Shown in pieces: positions 37,411-47,055 of a stretch of DNA of 64,000 nt. Position 1 is the stretch's first letter, and each line of letters starts with the position of its first letter. The notes below the pieces were generated by a model. That model saw only the letters and a program-made list of their open reading frames with translations, ran no database searches and was not told where the DNA came from. The stretch is from the sequence record OQ031493.1. One strand, 5' to 3'. Made by a program: the position numbers and the translations under genes.

Positions 37411-37849
37411 TACTACCGATTAATTGATTTAATGCATTACCCATGTCTGCTTGGATACGGTTATAATCTGGGCCATTAACAACGGCAGAGACAATATTGA
37501 TATCATCGACAGTTAGATAATCATTAGCGGTATCAGATGTCAGTACAGCTTTGACAAGACATGGATCAGTAATACCGTTGATAAGACTTTGGCGAATGCG
37601 AAGAATATTGTTAAAATAGGTTACGGCTAGTTTAGTATCAACTGCAATATTCTCATTAACTTTACTTAAGATTTTCTTAAATTTAGCAACAGCTTTATCC
37701 TGTTGTTCATTGAAATCAAGTAAAATCTCAAATGGAATCTGTAATGCCACCGCATTAGCTAGGAGCATTGCGCGGGTTTTACGATCAGAACCACCTAAGT
37801 TAGGCAGTTGCTTTAGAATACGGGAAAGTTCAAAACCTAATTGTTGCAT
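37400..37849 (-). CDS. Minor capsid protein (gp85 ortholog)
   Basis: 149 aa; synteny. Confidence 0.7.
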   Translation of the reverse strand: MQQLGFELSRILKQLPNLGGSDRKTRAMLLANAVALQIPFEILLDFNEQQDKAVAKFKKILSKVNENIAVDTKLAVTYFNNILRIRQSLINGITDPCLVKAVLTSDTANDYLTVDDINIVSAVVNGPDYNRIQADMGNALNQLIGSIDE

Positions 37850-37860
37850 GATTTTTCTCT

Positions 37861-39102
37861 CTATTTAGTTAAGCGGTAGGCTCTTACAAATAAGTCATTA
37901 TTTAATAGACTTTCTAAAGTATCTTCTAATTCAGTAGCCCGTTTATCATTACGACGCTGGGGACTAAGGAAATCTAAAATTTTATCAAAAATGGTCCACT
38001 CATTAGCTAAATCATTTATCAATGAATCAATTACTTTAATGTCATCATCAATTCCTGGTTTTAGTGTTGAGTCCTTTACCCATTTAAGTTGTGCTACTAG
38101 ATCTTGTTTAATTTTCATTAAACGTTGTCGTTGATTGTCATAGCGTGAACTAATTGGATCATATCCAGCATGTAGATTACCGGCAATAATACCTAATGTA
38201 ACAGGTAAACCAATGATCATAAATAGACCTTTGAATACCTCAGCGGTGATATGGCTAGAAACTGATCTGTATTCACGATCATTATAATACCGACCTGATT
38301 TAGTTAATGCCGTTGCCAGCGGCCTTCCATAACCTAATCGAGTGGCGAATAAATCAGCTAATTGCTCATCGCGCTTACGTGATTGAACATCACCAGTTAA
38401 ATGTGGACGTTGTGCTTTCTTAAATGATGATAGAATTACTTTACGGATATTTCCTTCAGTCCTATCATTAACAAACTTCTCATAATCAGCTGGATCAACA
38501 TTCTTCTTTAACCATGTTTCATCCAATAATTGGATCTTATACTTATTAGCTTTCCTACCTTGTAAGATAAGTATACCTTCAGTAAGTGCATAGTTAAGAT
38601 AGACGTAGTCACCCATTGTAGCCAGTGTTTCCCAACAATGCCCAATTTCATGTAATGTAATAGCAGTAGCTTCTGCTATACTAACACGGTTAATAGCCGA
38701 TAATAGACCGATGGATAAACCGATCTTGTATTTAAAAGTTGCAACAGCTTCACCCGTAACTTTTAAATTTGTTAAATCAATATTAATGAATGTATTGACA
38801 CCTTGCTCAGTTGCTAAAGTAACTCGATTAATATTGTCAAATTTACTACCAGTATGTCCAACTGTAAAGGATGTGAATGCACCACCCATTATACCCTGAT
38901 CATCTAGATGCGTAAACTCGATATTCATATTGAGGATCTTAGAAACATCATCACTTAGTGACCTAAAGTCATTAATATCTATTCTCTGTTGATTATCTAA
39001 TTTATCACGAATCTTGGTTAGATGTTCTTCTATCAATGGACCTAAGTCACGCTTAACATTCACATCTAACACTTCATTAGAGATTTCTATCGTATGTAGC
39101 AT
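37861..39102 (-). CDS. Virion protein with M48-like zinc metalloprotease motifs (gp84 ortholog)
   Basis: LHEIGH (HExxH), EQLADLFATRLGYGRPLATALTK, hydrophobic segment LFMIIGLPVTLGIIAG. Confidence 0.75.
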   Translation of the reverse strand: MLHTIEISNEVLDVNVKRDLGPLIEEHLTKIRDKLDNQQRIDINDFRSLSDDVSKILNMNIEFTHLDDQGIMGGAFTSFTVGHTGSKFDNINRVTLATEQGVNTFINIDLTNLKVTGEAVATFKYKIGLSIGLLSAINRVSIAEATAITLHEIGHCWETLATMGDYVYLNYALTEGILILQGRKANKYKIQLLDETWLKKNVDPADYEKFVNDRTEGNIRKVILSSFKKAQRPHLTGDVQSRKRDEQLADLFATRLGYGRPLATALTKSGRYYNDREYRSVSSHITAEVFKGLFMIIGLPVTLGIIAGNLHAGYDPISSRYDNQRQRLMKIKQDLVAQLKWVKDSTLKPGIDDDIKVIDSLINDLANEWTIFDKILDFLSPQRRNDKRATELEDTLESLLNNDLFVRAYRLTK

Positions 39103-39203
39103 TTTATATCTCTACCAGTATTAATTTATAATCATAAAGATAAGGCTGCGTTGTATAGAATTCAATCCTATGCACTACGTATTATAAAAGAGGCGAACAC
39201 AAA

Positions 39204-40718
39204 ATGTTTGAGTTATTGTTGTCTTCTGGACTAACAAATACGCCTATATATTCCGATCCTTATCCAGGTCCTAAAACACTGATAGCTGGGACAAGGGAAT
39301 TAGGTTTGTATGGTGAAACAACATCTTCAGAATTATTCGGTTATGATGATGCGGCTAAATTAGTTAATATGACATTTGGAACAGTAATCAATGATGGACA
39401 ACCATGGTTAAAGTTCTCTAATAAAAATGTTACTTGTTACATACCGAAGAAACCAGCTCGTAAATCAATACAGAAATCACGGCTTAATAATGCCGGACTT
39501 CGTAATGGTGACTATGAAGTTAGATTTATGGGGAACATTTATAAATTTGGTTTATTAACAATGGCTGGTGCCACATCAGAATGGCAAAGGTTACTTTATA
39601 ATGTTCATGTGTCTAATTTAAATGGTGCTAACTGGCCTTATAAATTTACAGATAATGACTTAGGTATTAACCAAGCGGTCGCTGGTGGTATTAGTACTGA
39701 TGGCACCACTAACTGGGGAAGAGATCCAGGTAGTGATCCAGTTAATGACCAGCTCTATCGTGGCTACTATGCAATTGATATAACTAACTCGTCAAGTAGT
39801 GAGACTGGCGCCGCAACCCAAGGTTGGCGCCCAGTGGTTTATGCTAGTGGTACATATCCGTTCGTTAAAGATAATGTTATTAAACTTACTGATTTTGAAA
39901 CTGATAATGAAATGGCAGCAGGTGCCCAAATAGGTAACTTAGTCTATTATTATGGCGGTAAGAATAATGCTAATACTTCTCTACGTACACTGAATTTAGT
40001 CACGGGTAAGTTAACAACATTACAACCAACTGGTACACCTATAGCAGTTAAACAATGCTCGGCTGTTGCATTTAATGGTAAAGTATATTTCTATGGTGGT
40101 GAAAGCGCCACAGATGGTGTACTTACTAAAGATATGCAGTGTTATGATCCTGCAACTAACACATGGGAAATAAAATCACCAGGTGCGATAGCTTGCCGGT
40201 ATGCACGTGGAACTAGTCTTAATGGGTTAATCTACATATTAGGTGCAGCTGATACAACTGCAACAAATAATCGCGGATTTACATTAATGTACAATCCAAC
40301 TACAGATACATATACCAGTGGTGCAGCATTCAATGATACTGGTACGTATACCCAAGATTATACAGTGAGTGTTTATAATAATAGCGTATGTGTTATTGGC
40401 GGTACGGTTGGTGCTGGTGTTAATACTGGAATCATATCGTACAATCAAACCAACAATAATTGGTCTAAACCAATAACTACAGGTATACCTCTCGGTGCTG
40501 CTATTAATATACGTCCATCTGGTGAACTTTATGTAATCGCTGGTGAAAATCAAAATAATGCACCAATTAAGTATTATGAACCACGATTAGCACGATGGAT
40601 AAATTTAGGTAATTTAGAAACTGGTCTAGTAGATGCAGGTTTTGCTAATACGTTTAATAATGATGGCAAGATTTATGTTCTAAACGGTAATCAGAATTTA
40701 AAATACCAAATTAGTTAA
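39204..40718 (+). CDS. Virion protein with Kelch beta-propeller (gp83 position)
   Basis: 504 aa; N-terminal MFELLLS..PGPKTL domain of the phiKZ gp131-like family; Kelch repeats (VYFYGG..YDPATNTW, IYILG..YNPTTDTY, CVIGG..YNQTNNNW). Confidence 0.8.
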   Translation: MFELLLSSGLTNTPIYSDPYPGPKTLIAGTRELGLYGETTSSELFGYDDAAKLVNMTFGTVINDGQPWLKFSNKNVTCYIPKKPARKSIQKSRLNNAGLRNGDYEVRFMGNIYKFGLLTMAGATSEWQRLLYNVHVSNLNGANWPYKFTDNDLGINQAVAGGISTDGTTNWGRDPGSDPVNDQLYRGYYAIDITNSSSSETGAATQGWRPVVYASGTYPFVKDNVIKLTDFETDNEMAAGAQIGNLVYYYGGKNNANTSLRTLNLVTGKLTTLQPTGTPIAVKQCSAVAFNGKVYFYGGESATDGVLTKDMQCYDPATNTWEIKSPGAIACRYARGTSLNGLIYILGAADTTATNNRGFTLMYNPTTDTYTSGAAFNDTGTYTQDYTVSVYNNSVCVIGGTVGAGVNTGIISYNQTNNNWSKPITTGIPLGAAINIRPSGELYVIAGENQNNAPIKYYEPRLARWINLGNLETGLVDAGFANTFNNDGKIYVLNGNQNLKYQIS

Positions 40719-40724
40719 CGAAAT

Positions 40725-40749
40725 AAACCCTCCCATTACGGGAGGGTTT
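40725..40749. terminator. Bidirectional hairpin terminator
   Basis: AAACCCTCCC-ATTAC-GGGAGGGTTT then TATG. Confidence 0.8.
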
Positions 40750-40820
40750 TATGACGTGTAGAAGTTTATGTTAGCAGTAATAATCAATTGACAATATTTA
40801 ATTAGGAATACCTTCCATTT

Positions 40821-41189
40821 TTAATATCCTTCATTGAGTAGTTCCGCTAGAGCACGTGCCTGTGAAATATCAGTGGAAGCAAAAACATCAGAAAGATAAT
40901 TATCATGATCTTTCGCATTCTGACGCAATTCATCCATTAGATGTTTATTAGATACCGCCCATACTTTCCACAGATTTTTATAATCATCATATTTAGGATT
41001 ATATCCATCTAGTGGTGGTTTTCCTTTACCCGCTTTCCAGTGGTTGGAATATATGCGATATCCTTTACAATCTAACTGCCAAGCTTCCTCAATTGTTCTG
41101 CCATCAGGAAGCCTTGCGTAAAGAGCCGAGAATCTTTTGTCGCCAACAGATGAGCATTCATATCCTCCTCGGCGCCTCCACTGATATAT
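40821..41189 (-). CDS. Hidden 122-codon frame, NADAR-like; begins at ATA overlapping the polymerase stop or is reached by -1 frameshift
   Basis: IYQWRRRGGYECSSVGDKRFSALYARLPDGRTIEEAWQLDCKGY...LWKVWAVSNKHLMDELRQ...SQARALAELLNEGY; no stop in 122 codons, first ATG at codon 85. Confidence 0.75.
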   Translation of the reverse strand: MYQWRRRGGYECSSVGDKRFSALYARLPDGRTIEEAWQLDCKGYRIYSNHWKAGKGKPPLDGYNPKYDDYKNLWKVWAVSNKHLMDELRQNAKDHDNYLSDVFASTDISQARALAELLNEGY

Positions 41190-43105
41190 TACTTTGGGTT
41201 CTTATAGGTATTAATAAACTTCTCTAGCAGGGTGTCCATTTTAGGAGCACCCATGATCTTCTGTGTGATTTCAATAGCATTAACCCTACCACCTGTTAGG
41301 TTTACACCAACTTCACGGCGATGGTGTTCACTAATTCCTTCCATCATTGAGAATTCCATTACACATGTTTCACGTGCAATATTTAGAATCTGACTGACGT
41401 TAGGATATGTCGATACAATGTCAAGGTCGGCGATATGACAGAAGATTAAGGTTTTATAATTTGGTAGATCTTTAACGCACTGTAACCCATTTGGACCTGC
41501 CATGTAAGATGGCAATGTAACAATCCAGTCGTTATGTCCAATAACATACTGATCTAACTCGTGTACCATCTGATCAGAACTCGAACCAATAACACATGGC
41601 TCTGGTCTATTCAAATACCAGAAATGCATGTCATCACATAGTCGTTTTGGGTTAGAGCTAAAGTTCTTATAATCTGATGCTTTAGAGAATAGACTTATAG
41701 AACGACCAAGATCATTTACTTGTTCATCAAGTTGTTCTAGTCGAATGGAGTCGATGATGTTATAAAGACCATATTTGATTTTATGCTTGGTTTGCATCTC
41801 ACGGTGCCAATCGATACCTCCAAGATGCATCGTTTCCTCAAATGTTAACTTGCCAAACTCCATCATGTATCTAATGGAATCACCATACGTAAAGTTATCA
41901 TTTAATATAAAATCATTTACCCTGACCCATTCATTACTGCCTATATTTTTAATATATTTAGTAATAACACCGCCAGGACGATCCACTAATTGTTTATTAA
42001 AACCTTCAATAAACTCTTCTAGGTCCTTATCATTTTTAATGGTCGTGGATTTATCGATATTTAGTTCTTTTCTAAGAATAGACTCTAACCGATAGTTAGG
42101 ATCACGTCCTTTAGCTAATCGAGTAACTCGATAAGTTGACATAGAATCAATGCATTGAAAACTAGAGGGTGCTGTAATCCAATGCCACTGATCCTCCGGT
42201 CCTTTTGATTTAGTGACCCCAGATGCAGTGGTGGTCATAGGTTCATCAATCTTAAAATGGAAATACCTATAATTCTTAGGTACTGATGGATCAGAAAAAA
42301 CATCAGCTGGATTAACACCATAATGTTCTAATGTTTTTAAGATTCTGCCAATGTCGAAGCTAATATTCCAGAATGCGAAGAAATCTGGTTTCCAGATATG
42401 TAGTCGTTTAAAACATTCAATAATAATATCTACTGGTGTTTCAACAACCATTACTTCAATATCTAGACCACGTTCTTTAATTAGACGTGATAGTACTTCT
42501 TCTTTTTGTGCTTGTTCTAATGTCTCTTTTACTGGATCTTCAATATCACTAACCCATCGTTTTAAATAAGCTAGGAAAGCTTTGTTCTTATGTGTAACTG
42601 ACATACAGATAATCTGGCCATCGTTCTCAGCTTCATAAACGTTGGTTTCGATGTCACCGCCAGCAACAGTGTTTAGAGAGATTAGACCAGGATAACGTTC
42701 TTGATAATCATGCTTCAGATAACAGGTTGAACTAACATCACTGCCATATAGGTAAGGACTACGCGCTAGTTGACGAAGAGATCTAGCCGAATAGTCACCT
42801 AGGATTTTACTAATCTTACGTTTCATGTCAATTTGAGTTGACATGTATTTAACTAAGTTACGCTCATATTCGTAATCTTTCTTTTCTTTATGGTTACGCA
42901 TTCCTTTTGCGGTAATCCAAAAAGGACGCTGGTAGTTTTCCCACATCCTTAAATTATTTGCAGTTGTACCATCTTCAAAATGAATTCGTTCTTTAACGAA
43001 ATGTGCATCTGTAAACTTACCAAATTGATCAGTACAATAAGTAATATGTTTGGCTTCAATACCCTTAATCTTTTTCTTATTTGTAACCTGTTGTTCATTA
43101 GACAT
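41189..43105 (-). CDS. polB: Split family-B DNA polymerase, exonuclease-containing subunit (gp82 ortholog)
   Basis: 638 aa; ExoI GGDIET, ExoII FWNISFD, ExoIII YNIIDS, polymerase motif A DLDIVSTYP. Confidence 0.9.
   Translation of the reverse strand: MSNEQQVTNKKKIKGIEAKHITYCTDQFGKFTDAHFVKERIHFEDGTTANNLRMWENYQRPFWITAKGMRNHKEKKDYEYERNLVKYMSTQIDMKRKISKILGDYSARSLRQLARSPYLYGSDVSSTCYLKHDYQERYPGLISLNTVAGGDIETNVYEAENDGQIICMSVTHKNKAFLAYLKRWVSDIEDPVKETLEQAQKEEVLSRLIKERGLDIEVMVVETPVDIIIECFKRLHIWKPDFFAFWNISFDIGRILKTLEHYGVNPADVFSDPSVPKNYRYFHFKIDEPMTTTASGVTKSKGPEDQWHWITAPSSFQCIDSMSTYRVTRLAKGRDPNYRLESILRKELNIDKSTTIKNDKDLEEFIEGFNKQLVDRPGGVITKYIKNIGSNEWVRVNDFILNDNFTYGDSIRYMMEFGKLTFEETMHLGGIDWHREMQTKHKIKYGLYNIIDSIRLEQLDEQVNDLGRSISLFSKASDYKNFSSNPKRLCDDMHFWYLNRPEPCVIGSSSDQMVHELDQYVIGHNDWIVTLPSYMAGPNGLQCVKDLPNYKTLIFCHIADLDIVSTYPNVSQILNIARETCVMEFSMMEGISEHHRREVGVNLTGGRVNAIEITQKIMGAPKMDTLLEKFINTYKNPK
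41192..41198 (-). other. Candidate -1 ribosomal frameshift heptamer C CCA AAG
   Basis: X XXY YYZ heptamer in the zero frame directly before the TAA of the polymerase gene; -1 frame stays open for 123 codons after the heptamer. Confidence 0.5.
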
Positions 43106-43181
43106 TGCTATAACCTCAGCACATATTGATATTTATCTACGTACTATATTAGTGCCTAGTAAAAGTAATAATCGGCATAAA

Positions 43182-43199
43182 GCCTCCCCTAGGGGAGGC
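43182..43199. terminator. Hairpin terminator
   Basis: GCCTCCC-CTAG-GGGAGGC flanked by CATAAA and AATATG. Confidence 0.8.
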
Positions 43200-43206
43200 A
43201 ATATGT

Positions 43207-44628
43207 TTACATACCAGCTTTCTGCCGGAAGAAGTGTAGAACGAGTTGCCGCTTACCTTCAGGGATGAAACGTGCAAGATAGTTAATATCTACCTGATAA
43301 AGCGCATCTGATACATCACTAGTAAATAGGCAGAATAGAGTAAGAAGATTAATGTGTGCTTCTTGACGGTTATTCTGAGTAGGTAGAGTAGCAACAAAGC
43401 GAAGTGCGTTAGATTCACTAAATAGAGTATTACGATTTTTCTTAACGAAATCAAAGATAATATCCATGCCTGATTTAAAGCCTTCAATATCTTCGATTGT
43501 CATTACGTAGTTGAATACATCATCTAGTTTCTTTTGTGCATCGCCACCACGTTCGATAGTGATATAGTCACCAGGTTTAGCACCAGTGGCAAACTGCTCT
43601 AGACGAGATTCGATAAATACTTGGTTCATTTTGGTCATACCTTTACGAAGTACAGGTTCATTAGATGTTGATTCACTATTCAAGATTTTAACTTCCCCGG
43701 TTGGTTTAATATCATCTTTACCAGAGAATACTTTCCATTGCTCAACAATAGTTTCAATATCTTGACTAGTGGTAGGTAAGAATAAACGATCGCGTAACTC
43801 AATAGCAATTTTAAAATCTTTTATCAGATTACTATTTTTAATAAGTCCTTCAGCCCAGTCTTCAAGCTCTGCTGTCGTCCAATCGGTAGGTGGAGCATTA
43901 TCACGAATAACACTATTGACCCAACTACCACGTAGTGTTTTTGGTGGGGTAATACCTTGTTTAACAAAATCAACCACTTCTTGGGTAGACCAATCTAGTG
44001 GAATATTACTAGTGTGAATACGCAGTTGCTTGACTAATTCTTCAAGCTTGATACTGTCTTCAGTATTGCGAATATCTTGTTTCAGAGTATCTTCATTAAC
44101 TACCGGTACAATTACTTCCTCAGTAGTCTCATTCTCTTTAGCCCGTTTAGTTAAAATATCATCAGCAATATCTGCGATATCATTAACTACACCAGTTAGA
44201 CGATGGTTAGCAGCATCGATTAGTTCATCATCTGACCATTCATCATAAGGACGATATTTACGGGTTGGGTCAAATACAAAGCTACCGAGTTCAGTTTTAC
44301 CTTTAGCAATGCCATCATTGGTAAACCATTCAATGACGTTTTCATCTGTCCATGTTTCAGGAATATCATGGTCAGTACGCAGTGCATTTACATTAACTTT
44401 AGCTAATTCTGAGGTATCGTTAACTGTATTAACTGAAGAATTAATATCATCTGCTGTAGCATATACTTCCTCAGGAGATACTAATTCAATATTTGTTAAT
44501 CCTCGACCAATTTCAGAAGTTGGCTTATCTTCAGTTACTTCTGATAAAACTTCGTCTTTGACAATAGGTTTTTCAGGTAAACGATTGAGTTGAGGAAACT
44601 TTCCAAATCGTTGATTCTTTTTAGACAT
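43207..44628 (-). CDS. Conserved hypothetical protein with internal Trp repeats (gp81 position)
   Basis: 473 aa; four W-[ST]-x-x-E units in a duplicated module. Confidence 0.75.
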   Translation of the reverse strand: MSKKNQRFGKFPQLNRLPEKPIVKDEVLSEVTEDKPTSEIGRGLTNIELVSPEEVYATADDINSSVNTVNDTSELAKVNVNALRTDHDIPETWTDENVIEWFTNDGIAKGKTELGSFVFDPTRKYRPYDEWSDDELIDAANHRLTGVVNDIADIADDILTKRAKENETTEEVIVPVVNEDTLKQDIRNTEDSIKLEELVKQLRIHTSNIPLDWSTQEVVDFVKQGITPPKTLRGSWVNSVIRDNAPPTDWTTAELEDWAEGLIKNSNLIKDFKIAIELRDRLFLPTTSQDIETIVEQWKVFSGKDDIKPTGEVKILNSESTSNEPVLRKGMTKMNQVFIESRLEQFATGAKPGDYITIERGGDAQKKLDDVFNYVMTIEDIEGFKSGMDIIFDFVKKNRNTLFSESNALRFVATLPTQNNRQEAHINLLTLFCLFTSDVSDALYQVDINYLARFIPEGKRQLVLHFFRQKAGM

Positions 44629-44690
44629 TACTAGTTCCTTTCGGGTTATAATCTAAATAATGGAGAAGCTGAGTAACTTCTCCATCTATT

Positions 44691-46049
44691 TTAACTGATG
44701 CGATCGCGATAAGACCATTTAACAGTCTTAAGAACAGCACTGTGCATTTTAGACATGAAGATGGATAGGAATCGACCACCTACACCTGCTGCCGCTGCCG
44801 GTATGCCATTGGGGTTCTCTGACATTTGTTTACCCATACAGACAGCGCATACGTTCTTACCTCTACCTATTACACCATTAGCTGGATCACCACCGGCCTT
44901 ACATGTCATTGGACCACGTAGTTCAATCTCAGTGCCAACTAGTTCATCAATATTAGTTTCTTCAATAAGGATAGATTTCCCATTCTTAACATAAGACAAG
45001 CCAATGAAATCTTTCTTATTAAATTGATGAACAGTGGTTGGAATACCTATCCATGTGTTGCAGTCTTCCATAATAATCCTGACTGTACCAACCATTCGAT
45101 AAATCGTTTTAGTTGACTCACCGCCAAGGGCTGTTTGTGCACCACGGTTATATGAGCCATAACGTAATGAGTTATTCATTACTGGCATATGGTCAGTGTC
45201 AATGCCTTCTTCCAATGATTTACCGATATATTCAACCGATGTACCATCTTGGAATGGTGCTTCCCCACCAAACATACCAAATACTTTCTTACGCACGCCA
45301 CCAAATAATTTACTATGTTTAGTGTCATAGAACTCATAAGAAGGATCGTCTTTTAGATAGTCCTCATCTAGCTTGATTAACGCATTACCCATTTCTGCAA
45401 TAACAGCCGGATCATCTAACCGATCTTTATATTTCTCTTCTAGTTCTTTACGTAACTTATCTCTGTCTGGTGCAGAGGTCATTGATTTCTCAGTAATGGA
45501 TGTTACCAAGGTACTAGCATATGCTGGCAATGCTAAACAATGATCTGCAAACATCCGATATTGCCATACATATAGCTTACCATCAGTTGCACGCGGTGGA
45601 TTATCATCATCAATTGGATCATCGATCATGCGGTTAAGAATTTCTTTCTCAACTTTACCAATATCGAAATAACCAGATTGGAATGGGAACAGATCACCAA
45701 AAGGTAAACATAATACTAAATGGTTAACAAAAACGTTACCATAAGTTGTTCTTAATGCACCTGGTCCTTTATAGTTTTCAATTTCACCAGGTTGTAAAAT
45801 GAATTCATCTCGAAATGCTAATGGTTGTTTACCTTCAATATAATCGTCGATATAAACAACTTCATCATTAGAATCGCCTTCTTTATAGAAGAACATTTTA
45901 CCATCTTTGAAATATGGCTTGTATAGATATTCACCACCATCATTTGGGTTATAAACGATATTAAATAAAACGTTAACCCATGCTCGTTTCTTATCTAATC
46001 CAGCATTGATACCCATTAGAAAATAATCACGTAATTTCATTAGTATCAC
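44691..46049 (-). CDS. Virion RNA polymerase beta-prime C-terminal subunit (gp80 ortholog)
   Basis: 452 aa; YGSYNRGAQT bridge-helix-like segment, DCNT..C..VCAVC zinc ligands, trigger-loop-like AAAAGVGGRFLSIFMSKMH. Confidence 0.9.
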   Translation of the reverse strand: MILMKLRDYFLMGINAGLDKKRAWVNVLFNIVYNPNDGGEYLYKPYFKDGKMFFYKEGDSNDEVVYIDDYIEGKQPLAFRDEFILQPGEIENYKGPGALRTTYGNVFVNHLVLCLPFGDLFPFQSGYFDIGKVEKEILNRMIDDPIDDDNPPRATDGKLYVWQYRMFADHCLALPAYASTLVTSITEKSMTSAPDRDKLRKELEEKYKDRLDDPAVIAEMGNALIKLDEDYLKDDPSYEFYDTKHSKLFGGVRKKVFGMFGGEAPFQDGTSVEYIGKSLEEGIDTDHMPVMNNSLRYGSYNRGAQTALGGESTKTIYRMVGTVRIIMEDCNTWIGIPTTVHQFNKKDFIGLSYVKNGKSILIEETNIDELVGTEIELRGPMTCKAGGDPANGVIGRGKNVCAVCMGKQMSENPNGIPAAAAGVGGRFLSIFMSKMHSAVLKTVKWSYRDRIS

Positions 46050-46917
46050 CTATGCTATTTAAAATCTTTTTAGCTTCATTTTCCATAATAGATCGTTCAA
46101 TATTGTTAGATGTGAAATCATCTATAATACTCATTACGGTTCTACTAATTTCATTCTGTTCAGTATTTGAAATTAATACCAATCCGACAATTTCTTTAGC
46201 AACTTCAATAGGCGTCATAGCATCTAATGGGCCAAATGAAATTTGTAATAGGTCATCAATATTCCTTTTACCAACACGTAATCCTGCATTAACTAGTTCC
46301 ATAGCTAACTTAAATGATGCCCGCGTATGAATACGAATAAGGCGATTAATTAAATTAATCCGTTCGACATTACTTACATTGCCATATGCTTGACCACGGG
46401 TAGTAAGTACTGACTGAATAAATGATGTAATATTACTAATAAGTGTTGGTGATACACTTTCAATTAAGTCAATGATATTTAAGAAATCTACACTTGTATC
46501 GATAAGTTCTACCAGATGTGCTAACGTCTCTTCGGGTGAATATTCGGCTAACAGAATATCATTCACTTCATCTGGAATAATGTAATCTTCTAAACTAAGG
46601 AGTGTATTAACAACAGCTTGCCGTTCAGCCTGAGTTGCTTCATCACTAATTTTAATAAGATGTTCATTTAGAATTTCATCTTGTGCAATGCGAATGATAT
46701 CATCAATGCGAGAAAGAAGCATTGCATTATCTGAGATACCTGATTGAATCTGACATACTGTATTTAGTTCATCTAGAGCTGCAACATAATTGATCTTTTC
46801 AAAAGATGCTACACAGTCTAGGATAACTTCTTTACGCTCTTCATGTATAAGAGGCGTAAGATAACTATCAATGAAATCTTTCATGACGATATCCTTTTTA
46901 TACGGAATTATTAACAT
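46027..46917 (-). CDS. Conserved hypothetical, probably virion, protein (gp79 position)
   Basis: 296 aa helical ORF; synteny. Confidence 0.7.
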   Translation of the reverse strand: MLIIPYKKDIVMKDFIDSYLTPLIHEERKEVILDCVASFEKINYVAALDELNTVCQIQSGISDNAMLLSRIDDIIRIAQDEILNEHLIKISDEATQAERQAVVNTLLSLEDYIIPDEVNDILLAEYSPEETLAHLVELIDTSVDFLNIIDLIESVSPTLISNITSFIQSVLTTRGQAYGNVSNVERINLINRLIRIHTRASFKLAMELVNAGLRVGKRNIDDLLQISFGPLDAMTPIEVAKEIVGLVLISNTEQNEISRTVMSIIDDFTSNNIERSIMENEAKKILNSIGDTNEIT

Positions 46918-47055
46918 AGGGTTGGACAGATAGTTATTCTTTAATATAGTGTAAAATTACCAAATGTGTTAAATATATGTTGAACTAATCATTTTTTTCA
47001 TTTGTCAATTTATATTGGCAAATATTAAATTAAGCCTCTATCGGAGTATAACAAG

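Noticed and set aside
41072-41161. 29-aa minus-strand ORF (MNAHLLATKD...) behind GAGGAGG
   Set aside because: The SD-to-ATG spacing is only about 2 nt and the peptide is featureless, whereas the overlapping 122-codon frame looks like a real protein. A regulatory role is not excluded
41135-41185. Pseudoknot downstream of the C CCA AAG heptamer
   Set aside because: Only weak pairings (CGCCGA/TTGGCG and an interrupted CAG..GAG/CTC..CTG) with implausible loop lengths; not claimed as a stimulator
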